The position numbers and the translations under genes were made by a program. Positions 1 through 9,491 of a DNA stretch of 64,000 nucleotides are shown piece by piece. Position 1 is the first letter of the stretch; every line of letters begins with the position of its first letter. Where the stretch lies: assembly GCA_000004985.1 (NCBI GenBank), contig GG738873.1, one strand, 5' to 3'. The notes below the pieces were generated by a model that saw only the letters and a list, made by a program, of their open reading frames with translations, did no database searches and was not told the origin of the DNA. The DNA is from Naegleria gruberi. Its lineage: Eukaryota.

Positions 1-334
1 AACCCAAACCCAAACCCAAACCCAAACCCAAACCCAAACCCAAACCCAAACCCAAACCCAAACCCAAACCCAAACCCAAACCCAAACCCAAACCCAAACC
101 CAAACCCAAACCCAAACCCAAACCCAAACCCAAACCCAAACCCAAACCCAAACCCAAACCCAAACCCAAACCCAAACCCAAACCCAAACCCAAACCCAAA
201 CCCAAACCCAAACCCAAACCCAAACCCAACCCAAACCCAAACCCAAACCCAAACCCAAACCCAAACCCAAACCCAAACCCAAACCCAAACCCAACCCAAA
301 CCCAAACCCAAACCCAAACCCAAACCCAAACCCA
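1..334. repeat. Telomeric repeat tract (CCCAAA)n, about 55 units with two CCCAA variant units near 228 and 290; C-rich strand reads 5'->3' into the chromosome, as expected for a left chromosome end
   Basis: Perfect 6-bp periodicity 'aaccca' from position 1 to 334, then an abrupt switch to unique AT-rich sequence. Confidence 0.9.
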
Positions 335-985
335 TAAGTTAATTTCATATAATAGATTAGACAATTAGAATATCAATGAAAACATTTCAAAATCATTTCA
401 AATCAATATATCACCTTATAAATCATGTTAATAACAATATATATCAATTTCAAATACTTTGGTATCATTTCAGGATATTTACTATTCAACTTGTCAACTG
501 ACCTATTCTAACATTGAAGATAGAAATCTATACCACTTCAATTCACTTCCAATACATCTGTACATGATAATTAAATACATTAATATCATTTTGACATTCA
601 TCCATATTATACATGGTACATGGCTGATCCACTTGATACCTACAGGGATGTGACAATGACATGTACTATACAGATCATCCTGAAATTGATACAGCACCTT
701 ACCAATGATGAATTAACACCACAGTATCAGTTTCGTGACAATTTGAAATCATTCAACTAGTCAGGAGTGTAATCATGGGAATAATGAATATCAAGATAAT
801 GAAATGATATTAATTTTGAAATCTTTCAATTATAGCATCATATATAGATCAATTAATCATGGTATTTCAATAATTGGTATTGACTTTCATATCAATTCAT
901 TCAAACCTTAATGACCTATCCTTAGTTGACCAAGTCAATTTTAAACTATCATGAATCATATAACTATTGATGCCATTGTGTTCAC

Positions 986-3123
986 NNNNNNNNNNNNNNN
1001 NNNNNNNNNNNNNNNNNNNNNNNNNNNNNNNNNNNNNNNNNNNNNNNNNNNNNNNNNNNNNNNNNNNNNNNNNNNNNNNNNNNNNNNNNNNNNNNNNNNN
1101 NNNNNNNNNNNNNNNNNNNNNNNNNNNNNNNNNNNNNNNNNNNNNNNNNNNNNNNNNNNNNNNNNNNNNNNNNNNNNNNNNNNNNNNNNNNNNNNNNNNN
1201 NNNNNNNNNNNNNNNNNNNNNNNNNNNNNNNNNNNNNNNNNNNNNNNNNNNNNNNNNNNNNNNNNNNNNNNNNNNNNNNNNNNNNNNNNNNNNNNNNNNN
1301 NNNNNNNNNNNNNNNNNNNNNNNNNNNNNNNNNNNNNNNNNNNNNNNNNNNNNNNNNNNNNNNNNNNNNNNNNNNNNNNNNNNNNNNNNNNNNNNNNNNN
1401 NNNNNNNNNNNNNNNNNNNNNNNNNNNNNNNNNNNNNNNNNNNNNNNNNNNNNNNNNNNNNNNNNNNNNNNNNNNNNNNNNNNNNNNNNNNNNNNNNNNN
1501 NNNNNNNNNNNNNNNNNNNNNNNNNNNNNNNNNNNNNNNNNNNNNNNNNNNNNNNNNNNNNNNNNNNNNNNNNNNNNNNNNNNNNNNNNNNNNNNNNNNN
1601 NNNNNNNNNNNNNNNNNNNNNNNNNNNNNNNNNNNNNNNNNNNNNNNNNNNNNNNNNNNNNNNNNNNNNNNNNNNNNNNNNNNNNNNNNNNNNNNNNNNN
1701 NNNNNNNNNNNNNNNNNNNNNNNNNNNNNNNNNNNNNNNNNNNNNNNNNNNNNNNNNNNNNNNNNNNNNNNNNNNNNNNNNNNNNNNNNNNNNNNNNNNN
1801 NNNNNNNNNNNNNNNNNNNNNNNNNNNNNNNNNNNNNNNNNNNNNNNNNNNNNNNNNNNNNNNNNNNNNNNNNNNNNNNNNNNNNNNNNNNNNNNNNNNN
1901 NNNNNNNNNNNNNNNNNNNNNNNNNNNNNNNNNNNNNNNNNNNNNNNNNNNNNNNNNNNNNNNNNNNNNNNNNNNNNNNNNNNNNNNNNNNNNNNNNNNN
2001 NNNNNNNNNNNNNNNNNNNNNNNNNNNNNNNNNNNNNNNNNNNNNNNNNNNNNNNNNNNNNNNNNNNNNNNNNNNNNNNNNNNNNNNNNNNNNNNNNNNN
2101 NNNNNNNNNNNNNNNNNNNNNNNNNNNNNNNNNNNNNNNNNNNNNNNNNNNNNNNNNNNNNNNNNNNNNNNNNNNNNNNNNNNNNNNNNNNNNNNNNNNN
2201 NNNNNNNNNNNNNNNNNNNNNNNNNNNNNNNNNNNNNNNNNNNNNNNNNNNNNNNNNNNNNNNNNNNNNNNNNNNNNNNNNNNNNNNNNNNNNNNNNNNN
2301 NNNNNNNNNNNNNNNNNNNNNNNNNNNNNNNNNNNNNNNNNNNNNNNNNNNNNNNNNNNNNNNNNNNNNNNNNNNNNNNNNNNNNNNNNNNNNNNNNNNN
2401 NNNNNNNNNNNNNNNNNNNNNNNNNNNNNNNNNNNNNNNNNNNNNNNNNNNNNNNNNNNNNNNNNNNNNNNNNNNNNNNNNNNNNNNNNNNNNNNNNNNN
2501 NNNNNNNNNNNNNNNNNNNNNNNNNNNNNNNNNNNNNNNNNNNNNNNNNNNNNNNNNNNNNNNNNNNNNNNNNNNNNNNNNNNNNNNNNNNNNNNNNNNN
2601 NNNNNNNNNNNNNNNNNNNNNNNNNNNNNNNNNNNNNNNNNNNNNNNNNNNNNNNNNNNNNNNNNNNNNNNNNNNNNNNNNNNNNNNNNNNNNNNNNNNN
2701 NNNNNNNNNNNNNNNNNNNNNNNNNNNNNNNNNNNNNNNNNNNNNNNNNNNNNNNNNNNNNNNNNNNNNNNNNNNNNNNNNNNNNNNNNNNNNNNNNNNN
2801 NNNNNNNNNNNNNNNNNNNNNNNNNNNNNNNNNNNNNNNNNNNNNNNNNNNNNNNNNNNNNNNNNNNNNNNNNNNNNNNNNNNNNNNNNNNNNNNNNNNN
2901 NNNNNNNNNNNNNNNNNNNNNNNNNNNNNNNNNNNNNNNNNNNNNNNNNNNNNNNNNNNNNNNNNNNNNNNNNNNNNNNNNNNNNNNNNNNNNNNNNNNN
3001 NNNNNNNNNNNNNNNNNNNNNNNNNNNNNNNNNNNNNNNNNNNNNNNNNNNNNNNNNNNNNNNNNNNNNNNNNNNNNNNNNNNNNNNNNNNNNNNNNNNN
3101 NNNNNNNNNNNNNNNNNNNNNNN
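986..3123. other. Assembly gap (run of N); all ORFs crossing it are artefacts
   Basis: 2138 consecutive n characters. Confidence 0.99.
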
Positions 3124-3154
3124 ATTAACATATATAAGATCCAAGATTTAAATA

Positions 3155-3502
3155 TTGGCCATTAATAAAATGGTAATGGGTTTTCGCCATACCCAAACCC
3201 AAACCCAAACCCACACACAAGGGATTTGGATCGAGGATTTTCCATCCCTTCACTACATTCTATCTAAGTCATTTTACAAAAAATCATATAGAAAGCTCAG
3301 CAAGTACATTGACACCTATGGAAGAAAGAGAAGAGGATGGAAGAGATTTGGAAAGAAGAGAATTATCAGAAAGAAGATTGATGTTTATGGAAAGAAGAGA
3401 AGATTTAATAAGAGAAGAATTGACACTTACAGAAAGAAGAATAGAAAGAATAGAAGAGGTGACAAGAAGAATAAGAAAGTTGATATTTACAAGCGTAAAT
3501 AA
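3155..3502 (+). pseudogene. 5'-truncated copy of the polycationic secreted repeat-peptide gene (paralog of 29385-29810). N-terminal and signal-peptide coding is replaced by unrelated sequence and telomere-like repeats. An alternative E/R-rich frame (3309-3506) is also open because the DNA is purine-rich
   Basis: C-terminal 75 aa nearly identical to the right-arm ORF ('YGRKRRGWKRFGKKRIIRKKIDVYGKKRRFNKRRIDTYRKKNRKNRRG.KKNKKVDIYKRK'). Homology to the right copy ends near 3283, so the signal peptide present in the right copy is absent here. Confidence 0.45.
3191..3213. repeat. Interstitial telomere-like tract (about 3.5 CCCAAA units followed by cacacaa) at the outer edge of the left inverted-repeat arm
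   Basis: 'acccaaacccaaacccaaaccca' at 3191-3213, same unit as the terminal telomere; lies about 70 bp outside the point where homology to the right arm stops. Confidence 0.75.
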
Positions 3503-5060
3503 TTGAAACAGAAATCAATTTCTTTAAAAAGTCTAAATTTTTGAATCAATTTTGCTTTTAATAATTATTTAACATTAGAATAAAGTTGTGAGTCTCCATA
3601 AAATTAAGTTTGTTATTTCATTTGTAAAACAATTAAGACGGGAAGCCTGCCAGGAATATGGCGACAATCCCGCTACAGTCTTTGACTGTATGAACAGTGA
3701 AGGCAACGAATCTATTGATTGTTGGTTCAGTAAGTTTGTTGTTCAAAATAAAGTCATTGATCACCATCTATTTATCACTTTTGAATTTGATCTATTTAGA
3801 AAGAGAAACTTGTGGTTGATCAATAAACATTCGGCAATATATAAAAAAATGAAATTTCTCTGTCCAAGTTGAGTTTCACATATTGCTTAGATTAAAAAAA
3901 GACTACAGCACCACAGGTTCCCAAGTTGTCTCCAACCTCAGTACTGATGTGGCTCGACAATGCGGCCGTAGCCATGCATCTTATCAAAATGTGAAAGACA
4001 AATCAAATTCATACAACTCTTTGCTGGAAATATGATGGTAAAATTTGGTTGTTGGGAGAATTGTTGGATATCTTGGAAAACTTTTGGAGTGAAACAATGA
4101 GATGAATAGTAATGTTAGATAACATCCAAGTGATGTATTTATTATTGTCCTGATGAAGATTTATCAAGTAAATAATGAATGAATAATGTTTGGAAGCATG
4201 TGAAAATTCAACTTTATCATCTCTGGAAAATAATCGAAAAACATTGGCAAAACATTCTTTATGATGTGGTACAATAACAAATCTTGTGCCTCTTGAAATT
4301 GAACAAATTTACCAAATGGTGTTTTTCACTTTGATGAAATTAAATTTTACTTTATCTTCTCCAACTCTACATGTGCTTGATGGAAAGTTTTGAAACTTTC
4401 TGAGGTGATGTTAATGAACATTTAGAACATTCCTATCGTGTTCTTATTGTCTTGTCTGATGTTTTTCATGATGAAAATATTAAAATTAATAAATTGATGA
4501 AATTCTATTTCAAGTAAAAGAATGGCATCCATTTTCTTGTTATATTTCTGATGATTATCATCCAATAAAGTGAGTTTTACTTCTCCAATTGAACAAGACT
4601 CGCCATCAATTTAATCATTGCCTTTTAAAATTTGAAATTCATGTTGAAATTTAATAAAATTAATTTCTATACATTCCAAATGATCGTATCATGTTGTGTT
4701 GAAAATGGTTTTGGAAGTGATGAAGAATTGTTTTTGAAAATCATCCATGATGAAACACGTTGCGAATTTGATGAAATTTTTCTTGTTTAATATTTTTTTA
4801 AAATCATCAAATTTCACTCATCACTTTTCTTTCCATATCAAAAAGTCATCAAATATTTTGATGTAAAGAATTAAAGATGAAAAAATTGAGAAAGCCAAGT
4901 AATAATCTAGATGAGCATTAATTTCATTGAATGAGCTTACTTAAGAGAGCCACAATAGGATTAAAAATTGTCATCACAACATCGGTCTCATCAACAAAAT
5001 CATCAACAAAATCATCATCGAGATGAAAGTATTCACATGGAAATGGATGTTTTTCTATTT
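3283..5060. repeat. Left arm of a diverged inverted repeat (partner 27900-29577, roughly 85-90% identity with indels). It carries the basic-peptide gene copy, a 5S pseudogene and about 1 kb of AT-rich non-coding DNA
   Basis: Reverse-complement matches read directly, for example 3981-4040 against 28900-28960, 3902-3960 against 29024-29079, and 4911-5040 against the reverse complement of 27900-28040. Confidence 0.85.
3901..3973 (-). pseudogene. 5S rRNA pseudogene with an internal deletion of about 46 nt (box A region). Helix I ends and the 3' half are retained, followed by a terminator-like A-run on the plus strand at 3894-3900
   Basis: The reverse complement reads 'ggctacggccgcatt|gtcgagccacatcagtactgaggttggagacaacttgggaacctgtggtgctgtagtc'. 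Compared with the intact copy at 28962-29080 it lacks 'atatcacgatgaatgcacctcatcccgtccgatttgagaagttaagcacc'. Confidence 0.8.
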
Positions 5061-5354
5061 TCCTTCCGTATTCATTTCTACTTTAAAGAGAGCAAACATT
5101 ATGGAGTTATGGAAGATTGTGTAGACAGTGAAAGGGAGTGATAATCTTGTTTTCAACGAATTTTACTCTATTGATACTATCTATTATAATAATAACCTGA
5201 TGAAAATATTAATGATCATCCTTGTGGTATTATCAACAATAAGTTGTTGTAGAAGACTTGATAAATTTCTAAATAATTTAATAGAATCAAACATGACTGG
5301 GATGACAAATTTAACCAATTTTAATATTGGATTGATATTTACTTTGGTTTTTAA

Positions 5355-6959
5355 TTAAACATTATAGGGTTTAGGAACATTTGATGCTTCGAAAAAGTAA
5401 TTGTATGTATTTGCTGCATCAACACCCAATTGATAATTGGTGTTTTTGCCTGTAGCCCAAATAGAGGAAGTACTTGATGATGGAATGAGGAAAGTTCCAG
5501 AATCTCCACAAATAATTTCTGGAAAAGTTCGATCTCCCAATACAGCAACCTTATAGAATTGAGTAAGATCTTCACCATAGTAGGATCCAATGACATATAC
5601 ATTATCCTTAAAGTCAGTGACATAGGTTGTGGTTTTACTTGGAGAGAGGCAAACATTTCTAATCATGAATGGAGTTGGAACTTTTGCTGGCATATGGTAA
5701 GGAACTATTTTAGATTCTCTTCCCAATCTAAAATCACCAGTTCCCCATGAGTAGAGTTTTCCTTCAGTTGACAATGCCATGAAATATTGAGATCCTCCAA
5801 GAATTTTAACAAATTTAACATCTGATGAAACTTGTTTCCAAGTGAATACTGGAGATCCAGTTCCTGTTGAAGCACCTGGGATTCTTGATGTTGTTGTTAA
5901 ATCTCCTAATTGACCAAGAGAGTTATCACCTGTACAGTAAATCAAGCTATTAATATTAGAAATGAAACAAATAGATTTTGGAACTGAGGTCAATGTTGCA
6001 ATAGCTACATCCACAACACCATGGTTCAACCCATCTACAATTGTAGACAATACTCTTGGTCTAGTCCAATGCTCAACTATGGCAGTATATTCAAAAGCTC
6101 CCATAAATAATAATCTACCATCAGTTGTAATCATATAGCATCCATAGAAATTATCATTACACTTAATTTTCTTAATAACTGGAGAAGGAATAACAGCACC
6201 AAAATCTGGGTTTTTCATAATATTGATTGTACCAGCCACATTTGCTCCAAGAGTGTTATCGTAATTATATCCCCAGCCCCAAACTTGTCCATCAGAAGTT
6301 AAAATTACAAAGTTATAGGTAGCCACAGCTTGTACATCCACAACTGTCTTTCCAGCAATTGGAGACATGTCAACAAATCCCACTGTTTTAATAACTCTTG
6401 CAGTCAAGTCGGCAGAATTAAAACCAGCATTTCTGTATGTAGTTTCAAATTTTCCAATAAATAATAAAGTATTGTTGGCCAATAAAGCAACAGTTCCCAT
6501 TTCAGTGGAGGCAAATCTATTCATTCTTATTCCATTATTGTATTGTGCAATAATTTGAGTATCAAGTACCTTGATAGATTCTAGAATAATCTTCTTTTTC
6601 AATTGTAAAGTGTTGGTGTAATTTACCATTTCTTGATATTGAAGACTGAAGGATGATGCAAATTGATCCACATCCTGAGCAGTCACTCCATCAATTTTTG
6701 TGATAAAGTCCTTTCCAGCAGCATCTTGTGCAAAGGAGAGTTGAGAGGCCAAATCCCTCGATGTAATAGCTTCTGCAAGATCTGAATTAATAGTGTCCAA
6801 ATAGGTTGAGATTAAATCCCTCTTTTTGAACAATTCCTCCACTTGCAATTGTTGATTCTTTGAAAAAACCAAATTGACAGGATCGGCACCTTCAACAAAT
6901 ACCAATATTGTACATATTAAGACAGCAATCAACATGCTCACCACTTGTACTCTTTTCAT
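5355..6959 (-). CDS. Secreted protein: signal peptide, about 150 aa coiled-coil-like N-terminal region, and a C-terminal RCC1-like beta-propeller. Single exon, 534 aa
   Basis: Complete ORF from ATG (6959) to TAA (5355). N-terminus 'MKRVQVVSMLIAVLICTILVFVEGA'. Repeated RCC1-type motifs 'GQVWGWGYNYDNTLG', 'IYCTGDNSLGQLG', 'GKLYSWGTGDFRLG', 'IWATGKNTNYQLG'. Confidence 0.8.
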   Translation of the reverse strand: MKRVQVVSMLIAVLICTILVFVEGADPVNLVFSKNQQLQVEELFKKRDLISTYLDTINSDLAEAITSRDLASQLSFAQDAAGKDFITKIDGVTAQDVDQFASSFSLQYQEMVNYTNTLQLKKKIILESIKVLDTQIIAQYNNGIRMNRFASTEMGTVALLANNTLLFIGKFETTYRNAGFNSADLTARVIKTVGFVDMSPIAGKTVVDVQAVATYNFVILTSDGQVWGWGYNYDNTLGANVAGTINIMKNPDFGAVIPSPVIKKIKCNDNFYGCYMITTDGRLLFMGAFEYTAIVEHWTRPRVLSTIVDGLNHGVVDVAIATLTSVPKSICFISNINSLIYCTGDNSLGQLGDLTTTSRIPGASTGTGSPVFTWKQVSSDVKFVKILGGSQYFMALSTEGKLYSWGTGDFRLGRESKIVPYHMPAKVPTPFMIRNVCLSPSKTTTYVTDFKDNVYVIGSYYGEDLTQFYKVAVLGDRTFPEIICGDSGTFLIPSSSTSSIWATGKNTNYQLGVDAANTYNYFFEASNVPKPYNV

Positions 6960-7467
6960 TGTGATGATGATATATGGTCAGTAATTTTTTTAGGGATGAT
7001 GGAATATAAAGGATTGGGGAGGAGATGAGAGGCACAAACAAACGCTCAAGATTTGGCCTCTTCTTTTGGAAAGACGCATCATATCATAGTGGTTATTAGT
7101 GCAAGTGAAATCTTCAACAAGGGCTTCCCAGATAACACACTGAATGGCTTTGTTGTGTGCTGTGCTGTGCTGCAACTATTGCACAATCTTCCACTTCAAT
7201 AGGGCAACCGTTGTTGTTTGTACTCTCGTATACAGCTGGATCACTATTAAGGAAATATTATTTACTGGAATGATTACCTTGAGCGAAACAGCATGGCTTT
7301 TTGTGTCAACACCAAATAGCCTCATTATCCTTAATATGCACGCGCGTTGGCAATCTTTCAACATGCAACAACGCATCTTGATCTTCCTCATCAGTGGTTC
7401 TTTTTTCCTTCTCCTCTCGAATGGCTTGCTTATTCATCAGCTTTATATCATTAAAAAAAACCAAAAG
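6960..7467. promoter_or_regulatory. Shared divergent intergenic/promoter region between the two RCC1-like paralogs (5355-6959 minus strand; 7468-9225 plus strand)
   Basis: The two paralogs are head-to-head with about 500 bp between their ATGs; an A-run 'ttaaaaaaaaccaaaag' sits immediately upstream of the plus-strand ATG at 7468. Confidence 0.45.
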
Positions 7468-9225
7468 ATGTTCTCCAATAGGAATGAATCACATGTCGTC
7501 TCGTACACAATAGTGGCCATGTGGATTGCAATGGTGGTGGGATGTTGTGCCTCTCTAGTGATGGCCGCCTCACCTACTGAATTAATTGTTAGTAAGCAGG
7601 CCATTCAATCACAACTTGCAGCTTTGCAAAAACAATTAACGGATGTTAGATTGGCAAAATATACCTTGTCAGGATTGAAGGAAGCAACTGGAATTATTTC
7701 ATCAAATTCCATTTCTGTCAATGGTGTATCATCTTTGGATGTGGATTCCCTTGGAGCAGAAGTTTCTGATCAATATCAAGAATTGGAAAGACATGAAAGA
7801 TCTGTGTTATTGAAAATGGCAGTTGTTCAAAGAAGTCTTGAAGTTATTACTGTCAATATATCCATGTCTGGATATAATCCAATGCTAAAGAGAATTGCTT
7901 CAAACATATATGGAACAACATACATTGCACCAAATGGAAGTTTATTTTATTATGGCGCAATCAATTCTGCTCTTCTAAATGGAAGACCTGGATACGTTTC
8001 TGGTTCATATATTCAAACTTATCCAACTGCTGTTGACATGTCTCCTTTGGGAGGTGATGTTGTAACTCAAGTTTATGGAGGAAGATCATACTTTTATGCG
8101 GTAACCTCTAAGGGAGACGTATGGCATTGGGGAGGAAATGATGGCACCATTGGTTCAATCTGTTCTTGTGGTCCACAGGCATCAGCTGGTTCTTCATATG
8201 TATTGAGAAAACTTGATTTTGGACTTATTGGTAAGGCCGTTATGTCAAAGAAAATTGTTTGTGATCAATCAATTGATAACAACTACGGTCAGTATGGAAC
8301 CTTTGATTGTTTCATGCTTTCAATGGAAGGGGAGCTTTACTTTATGGGTGTGTGGGTTTTCGACGGTAATAGTGGTTGGTCAATTAGATCAACGTACAAT
8401 TCAAACAAGGTCAGAAAGTTAAAGATTCAAATTAATGGTGTTGAAAAATTCGCATCTGACTTGGCTGTATCTCAAACAGCTGTTCCGGCTTATTCTGCTA
8501 TTGCTGGAGGAATTCTTAGAAATGGTGCTGCTATCTGTGTTATTGACAGAGACAATGCAACCAATATTTATTGCACAGGTGATAACAACGGGTAAGTACT
8601 TCTTTTTCAGTATGATTTTAATCATTTATTTAGTGGTCAATTTGGAGATGGTTCAATTGCTCCAACAAATATTCCATTGACTTTGGATATTGCGTCTACA
8701 AGTTGGGTCGTGGCCAAGACGCAAGCATCGTCTTCAGGTGAGATTTTCTCTCAAATTTATGGAGCCTTGAAAACTCTGTATGCTGTTGGTGCTACAGGTA
8801 AGGTTCACTCATGGGGATCAACTGGTACATTGTTGGCAAGAGTTGCTACCGAATCAAATGCCAAGATTGGTAGAACAACCTTCTCCAGCTATTTTTCAGT
8901 CTCAAAGATTTGCACCTCTCCTGCAACAGACATTGTCTTTTTGGTTAGTTCTGCAAATAATGAGGTATATGTTTTGGGAGCTCTGAATGGAGACAATTTT
9001 GACTATCCTTATCAACCACAAGCATTCAAGGGAAAGCAATTTGTTGATTGTGAAGTCAATGAAAATAATGTGTTTGTCCTCTTTGCTAATGGACAAGTAT
9101 ATGCAAAGGGTAGAAATGATGCTGCACACTTAATGGTTGGTTTCACAACACCTTCAGTTACTGGTAATCTAATGGGATTAGTCTACCCATTGACTGAATC
9201 ATTCATTCCTGTATACTATCAATAA
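7468..9225 (+). CDS. Paralog of the secreted RCC1-like propeller protein. Two exons, join(7468..8591, 8634..9225), with a 42-nt intron 'gtaagtacttctttttcag...atttatttag'
   Basis: ATG at 7468 with a hydrophobic N-terminus ('VVSYTIVAMWIAMVVGCCASLVMAAS'). Motifs 'GDVWHWGGNDGTIG', 'IYCTGDNNG|GQFGDGS', 'GKVHSWGSTG', 'GQVYAKGRND'. The donor gtaagt at 8592 and acceptor tag at 8631-8633 restore the frame; exon 2 runs to TAA at 9223-9225. Same architecture as 5355-6959. Confidence 0.7.
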
Positions 9226-9491
9226 ACCAAAAAGCAACTTTGATACAAAGTCCTTTCGCTGTATTATCATACTGTAATCATGCACCAAAATAAGTCCATT
9301 CCCAAAGGATCAAAACACCCATTCTGTCCATTCATTACTGGACTGTAGTGTTCAATACGAATTTGTAGAGATGCATCCTTAACTGAACTGTTACACAACA
9401 ATATCTTTGCTTAGCAACAATGATAATATTGATCAACGCGGAGATTGTCTTCGTCCTAGCATCAAATCATAAAAAAGACTATTGTTAAACA

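Noticed and set aside
1-334. Ciliate origin suggested by a TTTGGG-type telomere
   Set aside because: Ciliates reassign TAA/TAG (or TGA). Here ORFs of 9.5 kb and more than 14 kb are free of all three stop codons and end on TAA/TAG. The 5S rRNA and protein families look amoebozoan.
897-3165. Four long ORFs (720-744 aa) translated as poly-X across 986-3123
   Set aside because: They consist entirely of the N-run assembly gap. The same applies to ORFs 49504-51244 and 49524-51176 over the second gap.
3309-3506. E/R-rich ORF (MEEREEDGRDLERRELSERRLMFMERREDLIREEL...) and its partner at 29381-29566
   Set aside because: This is an alternative frame of the same purine-rich repeat. It has no signal peptide and a shorter ORF, and its R/E periodicity is what GA-rich DNA gives in any frame. 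The K/R frame with the signal peptide is preferred, but neither frame is proven.
3588-3872. 94-aa ORF inside the left repeat arm
   Set aside because: The homologous segment of the right arm has frame-breaking indels, so the ORF is not conserved between the arms. It is likely spurious.
7144-7467. Upstream extension of ORF 7144-8595 (MALLCAVLCCNYCTIFHF...)
   Set aside because: There is no ATG there. An A-rich start context and a signal-peptide-like start at 7468 fit the paralog's N-terminus, so the upstream part is read-through of the intergenic region.
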